A stretch of 64,000 bases of DNA from Phyllobates terribilis (Eukaryota). The stretch is taken from assembly GCF_046119375.1 (NCBI RefSeq), contig NW_027362764.1:206522001-206586000 (forward strand), given 5' to 3'. Made by a program: the position numbers and the translations under genes. A model generated the notes under the pieces. It was not told the DNA's origin, made no database searches, and saw nothing but the letters and a program-made list of their open reading frames with translations. Below, piece by piece: positions 21,681-33,338 of this stretch (position 1 is the first letter of the stretch; each line of letters begins with the position of its first letter).

Positions 21681-22687
21681 ATGATGCTATGCCCAAAAGA
21701 TTTTACTTCACTAGGTGCAGTAAAAAAATTGGTATTCTATACACAGGTGTTATATCTTGCAACACAGATAGGCTACTCCACTGACTAACACACTCTGCAA
21801 TAGGCCAAAAAGGATTAGCTTTGCTAGATTCAGCCAAATGCTGTGAAAAAAACTTGCACAGCACTGGCACAGACCTGCCTGGCAAAAACTGATAGGAACT
21901 CATGTAACCTAGTCCTGAAAAGGACTCCAATTACAATTAGTCTTTACTCCCACAACCTATCTATTTAAGAGCACAGACCTCCCTGATAAAAGTCGTAGGA
22001 AATGCTGTAACCTAGTCCTTAAAAGGACTGCAATCACAACTATTCCCTACTCCCAAGCTATCTGTATATGTGTGCGAAAATTGGCTTGAAATTAACAAGG
22101 TATAGCGCACACAGCAACAGCGGTGCCGTCTAACACGCAGCTGCAGCAGTGAGAAAATGGTGGCGACGGGGAAAATGGCTTGGTCTTATAGGGCAAGGAC
22201 ATGTGACATACACTGCCAATGACACATGCCCTTGCTTGTGTGAAAAAAAGCACTTCGCTCCGTGTGTGCGCTGCTGATAGGCTGACAGATTGCACCTCCC
22301 CACTGCAAATGCGGGAAAGAGAAAAAAAAATGGAGATCTTCATTGTTCCTGCAGAGATCCATCCCCTGCCCCTCCCCCCACCCCGCTGTACACTCAAACT
22401 GCGTATTAACATTAATTTTCATCATTACTGAGAAAAAATCCAGTTATGATTTTGGTGCACGAACAGTTATCGAACATAACCTCGAACAGCCGAATTTTTC
22501 TCAAATTGTTCGTGTTCGCCGAACGGCTCGAACACCGCCCAAAACAGCTCGAATTTGAAATTGGCGAACAGTTCGAGTAGAACAACGCTCATCTCTACTT
22601 AGGAACCCAGGGAGAACATTCATGCCCCTCATCTTCTTAAAAAATTTCTTGCGGGCCTTAAGAAGAGGGGGCGTAAAGGGAGGGTAC

Positions 22688-23468
22688 TGTAGCATCGGCG
22701 TCTCTGCCTCCTGCCCGGCAGAGACGCCATTCCCCTCACCGACGCGGTCCAGGTCCGGCGTCCTCCCACTCCCCTGCTGCTGTAGCGCGCACCATGCGCA
22801 GCTTCCCAGGCACTGTGCTTAGGGTGCGCGCACGCTCCCTCCCTCTTAAAGAGGCCACACGTGCCACCCTATAGAGTCCCCGGCCAATGGCTGGAGGACT
22901 TCCCCTATATAATGCACCTTCTTCAATATGGAGGTGCCTGTGCAAGGTTGTTGCTCCATGTGCTAACACTTGCTAAAGCCCTCAGGTCCCGCTGCCTGTC
23001 AGTCCTGCCTGCCAGTCTGTATATCAGTCTAGCACACCAGCCTGTCTAACAGTTCTGTCCTCCAGTCTGTCTTCAGTTGTGTCCGCCAGCCTGCTTACCT
23101 GGAGCACCTGCCTGTAACCTGCTGTGCCCACCAGATAGCCTACCTGGAGGACCTGCCTGTAACATGTCGCACCCGTCTGGCTATCTGCCGAACCTGCCTG
23201 CTTATCCACCTGGACCACCCGTCAGCCTTCCTGCCATGCTCATCCACTGTACCAGTCAGTTCCTGCCATCTGACCCGTGGGAGTCACCTGCTCTCACGCA
23301 AGGTCGGTCTCAGAGTGACACCTGGTCCACCTGCCCGGTTCCTCCCTGGTTCACGGAGTCGACTAAGCCGCCGTGTGACCCTGGTCGGGCCGAGTAGGCA
23401 CTTAGTCACGCCCCTCTGGTCCCTCCTTGCACCGAAGCACAGAGGTTCCACTACCCTGACCCGTAAGA
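22688..23468 (+). repeat. 3' LTR of the chromodomain Gypsy
   Basis: Polypurine tract aagaagagggggcgtaaagggaggg (~22659-22685) precedes TG; TATATAA at ~22906; ends CCGTAAGA then TSD. Confidence 0.9.
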
Positions 23469-23479
23469 AATATGTTTTT

Positions 23480-24690
23480 ATTAGTTAACAACTGACTCAC
23501 TAATAGAAAACAGGATAGGATTATTAATGGAACATACTCTGGGTCACGGTTAATAGTGAAGTATTACAGGGGGTCAGTATTGGGCCCTCCTTTTTATACA
23601 TATTAGAGGGAACCTGTCACGTGAAAAAATGCTATTAAACTGCAGATATGGGGTTAATCTGCAGGTTAATAGCATTCTGAACCTGCCTGGTGCCAGCACT
23701 TAGTCCTCTCTGATTGGAGGAAAGAAACTTCCTCCCAGTAGCATTCCTGCTTCAGTCATAGGGGTGCCGCCGGCATGGGTTCAGTCACAGCTCTGTGTAT
23801 AGAGAGCGGTGGCAGTAATCAATCGCACCTCTGGCACTGTCTGACAGCAGCTCAGTAGTAGGGCCTGCTGTCAGTCAGTGACAGGGGCGCTGTTACAGCC
23901 GTTGCTCTCTATACAAAGAGTGGTGACTGACCCAGCGCCTGTGTCACTCTCGTTACTGAAATCTGAACGCTACCGGGAGGAATAAAATTAATTTCCTCCC
24001 AGCAGTGGGGGTCTAATTGCTAGCGCCGTGAAGGTTCAGAATGTTATTGACCTATACATTAACCCCATATCAGCAGGTTAATAGTGTTTTTTCATGTGAT
24101 AGGTTGCTTTTAATGAATTAATACATGGCATGCATAGGAGAAGTTCAAGAAGTTCAATAATTGCAGATTATAATAAACTCTGTAAGGTAATCAACACAAA
24201 GGAAGATAATTTAATATTCCAGAGGGATTGGGGAAACTGGAGGCTCAAGACAAGAAATGGCTATGAAGTTTAACATAGATAAATGTAAGGTCATGCACTT
24301 GGGTCAAGGAAACAAAATGTACAATTATATATTAAAGGTATAACACTGGGTAAAACTGTCACTTAAAAAGCCTTGAGTGTATTGGTGGACAGCAAACTCA
24401 ACTTTAGTGAGCAGTGCCAGGAAGTTGCTGACAATGAGAATAAAATCATTGGATGCATTAGAAGAATCAAAGATGCTCATAACAAGAACATAGTTTTGCC
24501 TCTGTAGAAGTCACTAGTCAGGCCACACATACAAAATTGTGTACAATTTTGGGCTACTGTATAAAGAAGGACATAGCTGAACTAGAGCAGGTGCAGAGAA
24601 GAGTGAGTTATTAAGTTATTAAGGGAATTAGTTGATTGCAGTACCAAAATTGGTTTTCAAACTTGGCATTACAAAGTTTTGAAAAAATAT
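23480..24690 (+). mobile_element. CR1-clade LINE RT fragment, split by a MITE
   Basis: GSVLGP at ~23573, decayed FADDTKL at ~24162, MKFNIDKCKVMHLG at ~24264. Confidence 0.85.
23607..24109. mobile_element. Complete T2/Kolobok-type palindromic MITE
   Basis: TTAG|AGGGAACCTGTCA...TGATAGGTTGCT|TTAA; long internal inverted repeats. A related fragment lies at ~31640-31720. Confidence 0.85.
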
Positions 24691-26539
24691 GTCTTTGGGG
24701 CAGCAGACAGTGGAGAAAAGAGCAAATACTCACCGTAATTCAGGATAAAATAAGAAGAAAGTTCAATATACAACAAAGGAAATTGTGTGACATCATTTTG
24801 GGAGGAGTGTGATAGAATCTCTTAAATTACAGTACATCATTAATCATATAAACAAAAATTATTTGCAATGACAAAACATCCATGTTAGTTCCCATGATTA
24901 TTTATAAAGAGCAAACGTTATTTTTTGAAGAATTTCAATATCTAACTCCAACAGCGTTTCTTTCACCTTTCACTGTCAGAAATATTAATGTTAAGCCAAT
25001 ATACCTGTTGACGTTTCATAAAATATACAATCAGTAAACAAATATACACAGTTTGTGAGTTTAAATTTAGGACAAATTACCAAGTGGGTGAATTCAAAGA
25101 TATACAGATATTTGTTAAGTAATAATATCCAACTACACAATAAATATAAGGAAAACAATGAATAAAAAGGCATAATAAATAGATATGAGGGTATTTTTTC
25201 TTTACAGTTATATTTTTATGGATGATAATATCCTGCATGTGTTAATCCTACCATGGTCAAGGTTGTTTTATCATTTTTTTTATTCCTTTCTACACAAATA
25301 TTGTTTCTATTTATTTATTTTTGTTTGAAGGACACTCAATGTTTTAACAAGAAATTGCATTTCGGTAGAAATGGATGAAAATTATTTCTTTTAATAGGCA
25401 CATTCTGTAGTAAGGTAGTTTGACAAATTAATAAAAAATTGTACTACAATCTTCCCATAAATAATTTGTGCTCATGTCAGGCAGGATACCAAGTATTATA
25501 TTCTTTTATTGTGGTGTAAAGTTTTTTTAGTTTATTTTACATTGCCTTTTTTTCTCCTTTTACTTATTCTTACATTTTCTAGATTTATTTATTAATGATT
25601 TGAGGATCCCTTTCTTTAGCAGCAGCTCACCAGTATGAAAACCTTGACATCCATTCAATATAATAAGGCAGACAAAATTACTTTGGACTCTTGTCTCTGT
25701 TGTGATGGTAACCCATCATTTTTAGTATCTTTTTAGCACGCAAAAGTACAGTCAATCAAAGTGGTGTACATGCCTTAAAAATGGTACACTACCATAACGG
25801 AGGCTAGCTTGAGTCCATAGTGACTCCATCTGCCTCATTATATTGAGTAGTTTCTAGTTATGAGCGAGCATGCTCGCTACTGCTCAGTGTTCGCCCGAGC
25901 ATCTCAATGCTCGAGATGCTCGGCGCTCGCCAAGTATTTCCGGGGTTGCTCGGCGGGAGCTCGGGTCCCCTCCCTGCATGTTTGGCGCTATTTACAGAGC
26001 CAATGAACATGCAGGGATTGTCTGCCACTCACTGTAATGCTGCAGACATGTTGGTTGTGGCATTACAGTGATTGGCTGGCCACACAGCGTGATCAGGTCT
26101 ATATCAGACCTGGCACCGCTGTGCTCATGACAGTCACTCAGGAATCAGACAGCATAGGGAGAGGTGCTGCTGAGCTAGGGAGAGATTTGCTTGTTTCTAG
26201 CTAGTATAGGTATACCAAACTATATTAGAGACACATATCCATCTTAACAAACAGTCTTTTTGAGGACTAATCCATCTGCAGAGATATCAGGCAGACAGGC
26301 GGTATATATAGCAGACGGCAGTGCATATGGCACAAGAGGCTCCAATCCAGTTTTGTCTGCTGCTACTGCTGCTGTTAGATATTTCTAGAAATAGGCCCAG
26401 GTCTCAGGGACCAGGAATAATTTTTTTTTGGATCTTAATTCTCATTATTTGCTTGAAAAGCAATCCAGAGAACACCGTTTTTCTGCGCCATTTTCTTGTT
26501 GGCACTGCAGAATACAGCCAGGGCCTATTACAGCGCTAA

Positions 26540-26890
26540 AAATCCAGCTATTTAAAACTGTGGTTTGTCTGTCACACAGATCACTTATAATTGCACTGAA
26601 AATACTGTCATTTCTGGCCTCCATTAAAAATTTGTTTCAGTGTGTCAGCGAAACTATTGACACCGGTTTGCTGTTCAAAATAGTTACCTACAGGCCAGCT
26701 ATTTAAAACTGTGTTTTCTCCGTCACACGGATCACATATATGTTTTCAAAAAATACTGCCATTTCTAGCCTTCGTTAAAAATTAGTTTCAGTCTGTCAGT
26801 GAAGCCATTGACACCAGTTTGCTGTTCAAAATAGTTACCTAAAGGCCAGGTATTTAAAACTGTGTTTTCTCCGTCACATGGATCACATAT
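26540..26890. repeat. ~150-bp tandem repeat (2-3 units) upstream of the second hAT ORF
   Basis: tatttaaaactgtg at ~26550, 26700 and 26851. Confidence 0.85.
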
Positions 26891-26950
26891 ATGTTCACTC
26901 CAAATTCAGCCATTTGAAGTGAGCGTGGAAGATATTGTCCTCCATTTAAA

Positions 26951-29585
26951 ATGGGCAAGGCATGTGGCAAGGGATGGAAACTGGACGTGATGGTGATGGT
27001 GCATTAAGTGGCCAAGGTCGTGGGCAAGCTGAAATTGTGCCACAACAAACACCCACATCTTCTCGCTCAAGCTTCCTGTCTCAATTAATCGGGGACTGCA
27101 GAACACCACTATTGAACACAGAGCAGTGTGAAAAGGTTATTGGTTGGATAGCAGATAATTCTTCCAGTCACTTAGCCACCACCACCACCACCCTGTCTTC
27201 CACACAGTCAAGTCTCAGTAGCCGTGAGTCCGGACTGTATATTCCTCACCCTGAACCTCCTTCCTCCCACCATGCCGAGTGCCCAGAGACAACTGATCCC
27301 ACACTTGGACACTCCGAAGAGCTGATCACTTTTCCATTTATAGATTCGGGCAATTTCCAGAAAGTCAGGAGGAGGACCAGAGTGCGGAAGTGGAAGACGA
27401 GGTGGTGGATGATATAATAAGTGACCCAACCTGGCAGGAGGACATGCAGAGCAAGGAGGGAGGCAGAGCACCCCAGCAGGCAGGAAGAAGCAGTGTGGTG
27501 CCCCTAGACAGAAGGCAGGCAACCGTTCCCCTTAACGCCAACACGAAGGAAGTTGCCAGTACAACTGTTAGGTCTTCTCGAGTCTGGTTGTTTTTTAAAA
27601 ACTCTGCCGATAACTCCAAAAAGGCCATTTGCACCACCTGCCAGGCCAGCATCAGCAGGGGTGGTAAAACAACCAGCCTGACCACCACCAGCATGATCAG
27701 GCACATGGCAGCAAAACACCCGACTTTGTGGGTCGAACCCCAGAGTCCAGGAACAGTGTCTGCGCGTGGCACCACTGCTTCTTTCGCTGTTGTGCATGCA
27801 AGCCAATCCCCTGTCCATGGTGCATGCAAAAATGCCTCCTTCCCTGCACCGGTCATTGCACACTCTCAAGTAGCAGCATCAGGAAGCATGTCTACATCCT
27901 TGTCCCAGCACAGCATTCAGTTGTCCAAACCCCAGTCTTTGGAATGCAAGCGCAAATACGCAGCCAACGCCCCACAGGCCACACTACTAGATTCCCACAT
28001 TTCGCGACTGCTTGCGCTCGAAATGTTGCCTTTTAGGCTTGTGGAGGCGAAAGCATTCCGCAACCTGATGGCGGCAGCCGTCCCTCGGTACTCGGTCCCC
28101 AGCCGCCACTATTTCTCCCGGTGTGCCGTCCCTGCATTACACAAGCACGTGTCCCAAAACATTAGCCGTGCCCTCAACAACGCAGTTGCCGGGAAGGTCC
28201 ACCTAACCACGGACACGTGGACAAGTGCTTGTGGGCAGGGACCGTACATCTCGCTGACACACTGGGTTAACTTAGTGGAAGACGGGACCCAGTTGGACCT
28301 TGGGACACAACACGTTCTCCCGATGCCAAGGATTGCAGGCCCTAGGTCAATCAGGGTTGCCCCCACAGTCTACAGCTCCTGCACCTCATCTTCCTCAGCC
28401 TCCTCCTCTTCAGCCTCCATTTCCGAAATGACCACATCAGCCACAAGCTGGAAGCACTGCAGCACTGCCTTGGCCAAGCGGCAACAGGCTGTGCTGAAGC
28501 TAATATGCTTAGGTGACAAACCGCACAATGCTGAAGAGTTGTGGACAGCTCTGAAAGAGCAGGCAGATCTGTGGCTCACATTGCTGAACCTACAGCCAGG
28601 CATGGTCATGTGTGACAATGGCCGGAACCTGGTGGCAAGCTCACACACGTACCATGCCTGGCCCATGTGCTTAACCTCGTGGTTCAGCAGTTTCTCAAAT
28701 CCTACCCAGAGCTGCCGGATCTGCTTGTTAGAGTACGCCACCTGTGTGCCCATTTTAGAAAATCACCTATAGCTTCTGCCACCTTTGCCGTGTTTCAGCA
28801 GCGTTTGCAGCTTCAGGTTCACAGACTGGTGTGTGATGTCCCCACGCATTGGAAGGATTTGTGACCAGAAGAGGGCAGTTGTTGAGTACCAGTATCAACA
28901 AGGCCATCAGTATTCATTTCAGAATCCACACATAAGACCTCAAGAGTGGACATGGATGTCAGACATATGTACCATCGTCCAAAACTTTGAGGACTACACC
29001 AAGTTAGTTAGCGGTGATGACGCCATAATTAGCATCACCATCCCGCTTCTCTGTCTTCTGAAACGCTCTCGGCTCACAATCAAAGAGGATGCATTGCAGG
29101 CGGAGCACGATGAGATGGAGCAATGAACCATACAGGGTGATTACACACAGCCCAGCCTCATCTCATCCCAACGTGGATTGGGTGACAATGAGGAAGAGGA
29201 GGAGGAAGAACAGGAGCTAGTTTCATGAGCTATAGACGGTACTACCTGCACAACTGTCATACCTTCTGTTCAGCATGGATGGCCTGAGGACAGAGAGGAG
29301 GAGGAGGAAGAGGAGAAGAACATGGTCACTCTTCTTCTTGGTGAGGACACGGAAGTCTTGCTTGTTAGAAGTCTGGCACGCAGTGCTGAGTTTATGTTAC
29401 GCTGCCTTTCCCGTGACCCTCGCGTTCTCAAAAGTTTGGATGACAGTCATTACTGGCTGGTAACACTTCTAGTCCCACGCTGCAAGGAGAACTTTATATC
29501 TCTTATTCCTGAGGCGGACAGGTCTACAAAAATGGGGCAGTACCAGAAGGCCCTTGTTGAGGAACTATTAACCATATCACTAGGG
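26951..29585 (+). pseudogene. hAT transposase, frameshifted and 3'-deleted
   Basis: BED finger VWLFF...CTTCQ...MIRHMAAKH, HLTTDTWTS, MCDNGRN, CDVPTHW and YWLVTLLVPR across several frames. Confidence 0.92.
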
Positions 29586-29749
29586 TGACCGTGGTCCATG
29601 AGGCAACACCCACATAATTTTTTAAAGGGTCTTTATGATGCCCGTAAAAAAAATTTTTATACAGTATGTTCATGTATACCCCCCAGGGGTAAATGTTTGT
29701 CAAGGCCATACACTTAGTGCAAGGGCATTACAAGTATAGGAGTCCCGCT

Positions 29750-30565
29750 CCTTTCTAATGTGAACATTTTTTTATGAGGCCCTCCTCCACGTCTCTTCCA
29801 AGGGGCATTGGAGTGCCTCCCAATTTTTTTTTCAGCCCTTGCATTCACTGCATGGGCCAACACTATGGGAGACCCACTTCCTAATAATGGGAACATTTTT
29901 TCATGAGGCTCTCTACGTCTCTTCCAAGGGGCATTAGAGTGCCTCCCAACTTTTGACAGCCCTTGTATTCACTGCATAGGTCAACACTATGGGAGATCCA
30001 CTTCCTAATAATGGGAACATTTTTTCATGAGGCCCTCTACATCTCTTCCAAGGGGCATTAGAGTGCTTCCCATTTTTTGGCAACCCTTGAATTCACTGTA
30101 TAGGCAAACACAATGGGAGACCCACTTCCTAATAACGGGAACATTGTTTTCAGGAGGCCCTGTGACCTCCATGTCTCTTCCAAGGGGCATTGGCGTGCCT
30201 CCCAATTTTTGGCAACCCTTGCATTCACTGCATAGGCAAACACAATGGAAGACTCACTTCCTAATAATGGGAACATTGTTTTCAGGAGGCCCTCTGACCG
30301 CCACGTCTCTTCCAAGGGGCATTGGAGTGCCTCCAAATTTTTAGCAACCCTTGCCTTCACTGCATAGTCAAACACAATGGGAGACCCACTTCCTAGTAAT
30401 GGGAATATTTTTTCGTCAGGAGGCCCTCCTCTACGTCTCTTCCAAGGGGTATTGGGATGTGTCCAAATTTTCAAAGGGGTATTGGAGTGCGTCCAAATAT
30501 TAGGAAGACCTGCCACTCACTGCATATGCAATAACAGAATAGGAGACCCAATATTTAGTAATGGG
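29750..30565. repeat. ~125-132 bp tandem array (~6 units) downstream of the second hAT ORF
   Basis: tctcttccaagggg at ~29792, 29918, 30042, 30174, 30306 and 30436. Confidence 0.92.
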
Positions 30566-31289
30566 AACAACAAAGCATAGCCGGTAAAAATAGTAAAGGC
30601 TGCCTGATGGCCCTATAAAAATAGGCTTTGTGCCTTTCAGAGTCCCTCCTTCATAAATGAAACAGGATGTGTCTGATTATGTCTTACACACCACATGGCC
30701 AGATAAGGTTATAAAATGTTAAAATTACATTTCCCGTTGAATGCATTTGTCATGGTTGAAAGCAATGCAAAAGTGCAAAAACGCATCAAAAACGCTATGT
30801 GTGAACATAGCCCAAGGTGTGGAGGAGTATTTTTGGTTTTGGTTATTTATTTTGCCTTATATACAAGTCATTACACTGGAAAGGATGTTCCTTAACATAT
30901 TTCCCACGAAAATCCATTTTGGTTTCGTTTTTGTATATTTTACTGTGAGTCCGTAAAAGTGGCGTAATACCTCCGACAACATTGTTGACAGCATTGACCT
31001 GGGAGTCAGAAATGCTTCCAGGGGTTTTCCCCATGCTGTTCCAATGCCATTTGAGCACTGTTCCCATCGATTTGGGCAATTTTTAGACCCTCTGCAGACC
31101 GCCGGAGGGAGACGCCTGAAAAATGCTCGAATTTCCCATAGGCTTTCATTGGACTGGTTGCTCGGGTCGTGCACCCGAGTATTCCAAAGTGCTCGACCCG
31201 AGCAACGAGCACCTGAGTATTTTAGTGGTCGTCCATCACTAGTAGTTTCATTTGAGGTTTTGTATTTATCAAGTTTTTTTTAGGATTTA

Positions 31290-33330
31290 AAAGGAAAACC
31301 ATATGTAAGTGCTCACCATAAAGCAAAAGATGTAACAGCATACTTAAAGCAATTAAGAAATGTTATGTACCCCAAAATGTTACCAACAAAAACTTCAAAT
31401 CAATCCACAAAAAAGAAGCCTTTCTCAGGTCCATCATCACTCAATGGAAATATAGGTCGTTTCCTTGTTACTGGTAACACAAAGGCTCTGGAAAAGTGAC
31501 AAGGCTCCCAAAAGATATTCTGAAGAATCTGCGCTCTCAAAATCAAATCCCCTTCATGCTGAGTTGCAGAGTTTGACTAAACCATAGGCAGCATCCACAT
31601 GATTAGCATTGCTGTAGTGAGAAGAACCCACTGAAACTGATCCTGTCATGTCAAAAAACACCATTAACCTCTAGATGTGAGGTTAATCTGTAGATTAATA
31701 GTGTTCTAAAGCTGTGCGGCTGTTGTAAACACACTCCGGCACTGACTGACAACCGGCTCAGTGCTCATGCACTGCAGAGGCAGCCCTCACGATATCAATT
31801 TCTCACAATGCGAGTGGTGACATCAGTAAGGTTAACGTAGTTCATCGGCTCTGAACTACGATAAGTTTTCTGATGTTAGCACTCGCCACAGCAGCTGGAT
31901 TCACATGCTACTGTCAGTGTGTACTGGTGGTTGGGCTGAGAAGTCACATTACTGATGTCACCGCTCAGCACTGCATCCGAATGTAGCAGTCGGGGATCGT
32001 CGTGGGACATGGTATGGATTTACAGCGGACCCTTTTGGATTATTTGATTTTTAAAGGCACTAAATGGGTAAAATAGGGTCAGGGACTGCTTTTTACAATT
32101 AAAGGACTTTTCTCTGTGTGTGTTTATTGCTTTTGACTACAGGATTAATAATAGGGGTGTCTTATAGACACCTCTTCATTACTAACCTCTGGGATTGATG
32201 TCAGCAGACACTACACAGCTTTCATCAACCCCAAAATTTTACCTCGCTTGCCAACGCACCAGGGCAAGCGGGAAGAGCCAGGCCAAGCACCAGAATTGGA
32301 ACATCTAACAGATGCGCCTTTTCTGGTGCAGCTACGGACTGCTATTTTTAGGCTGAGGAGGGCCAAATATCCACAGACCTTCCAAGCCTTAGAATACCAG
32401 CCCCCAGCTGTCTGCTTTACCTTGGCTTGTTATCAAAAATAAGGGCGACCCCACACCATTTTTTTAAATTATTTATTTATAAGGTATAGCTGTCTGCTAT
32501 ACCTGTGCTTGTTGTCAAAAATAGAGGGGATCCCACATCTTTTTTTTAACATAATGCAATGGCCTTTCAACAAGCTTTAATCGGGTTGCCGAACCCAAAC
32601 AGTAACATGGACTTCAGGGAGAAGTCCGTGTTCGGACACTTGGTGCCCGGTACGGACCCCAAACTTTATAATTCGGGTTCACCCAGCCCTACTTATAACA
32701 TTTTACTGATAAAAATTTTATTTTTTATTTACAAGACTTAATGTTATAAAAAAAAAAAGAATGTTCCAACTCACCGGGAGATTGGCATGAGGAAACTGAT
32801 AAAGGAAGGATAATCCAGTTCTTTGGGCTGGACTATCCTTCCTTTATTGCAATGTTATAAAATTCTGTGAGGCACTGGAGGGTTCAAAATACTCACTAAT
32901 TCCCTATATGAAATTCTTGATTTGTATAATTTCCACAATGTGGTTACTTATGGGAAGTTTTTTCTGTTCTGCCACCTTTGGAGCTCTGCTAATGCAACAT
33001 GGTGTCAGCAATCTATTCCAGGCAAAATTGCACTCCAAAAAGCGCTCCTTCCCATGCAAGCCCCACCATAAAACCCAAAAAATTATTATCCAGCCACTTC
33101 TGGGGATACCACTATGTTCAGGAGAAATTGCATAACAAATCACGGAGTCCACTTTCTCCTATTACTTCATGTGAGAATTAAAAATTTCAAGTTAAAGCAA
33201 CATTTTAGTGGAAAAGACGTTAGCTTTCATTTTCTAGGCTCAATCTTATAAAATGTTGTGACACACCTGTGGATTAAAAATGCTCACCACACCACTGGAT
33301 TAATTTCATATGAGGTTTAGAGACATGTGG
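31290..33330. mobile_element. Fragments of non-autonomous DNA elements (piggyBac-like/MITE interiors)
   Basis: Motifs such as tgtaccccaaaatg and ggattaaaaatgctcaccacaccactggat resemble common anuran non-autonomous elements, recognised from memory; no termini confirmed. Confidence 0.4.
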
Positions 33331-33338
33331 ACAATATT

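Larger units (their letters stand above)
11886..22597 (-). mobile_element. Full-length composite hAT DNA transposon
   Basis: Perfect 8-bp TSD CTTAGGAA (11878-11885, 22598-22605); imperfect TIRs TAGTGTTGAGC / TAGAGATGAGC; subterminal (GTT)CGAAC repeats at both ends; internal transposase. Confidence 0.95.
9740..23468 (+). mobile_element. Chromodomain Gypsy element, internally deleted, interrupted by a 10.7 kb hAT
   Basis: 5-bp TSD AATAT at 9735-9739 and 23469-23473; both LTRs begin TGTAGCATCGGCG (9740, 22688); RT/RH/IN/chromodomain remnants between. Confidence 0.93.
25855..31241 (+). mobile_element. Second full-length hAT (defective)
   Basis: 8-bp TSD GTAGTTTC (25847-25854, 31242-31249); TIRs TAGTTATGAGCGAGCA / TAGTGATGGACGACCA; subterminal GCTCG repeats. 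Confidence 0.93.
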
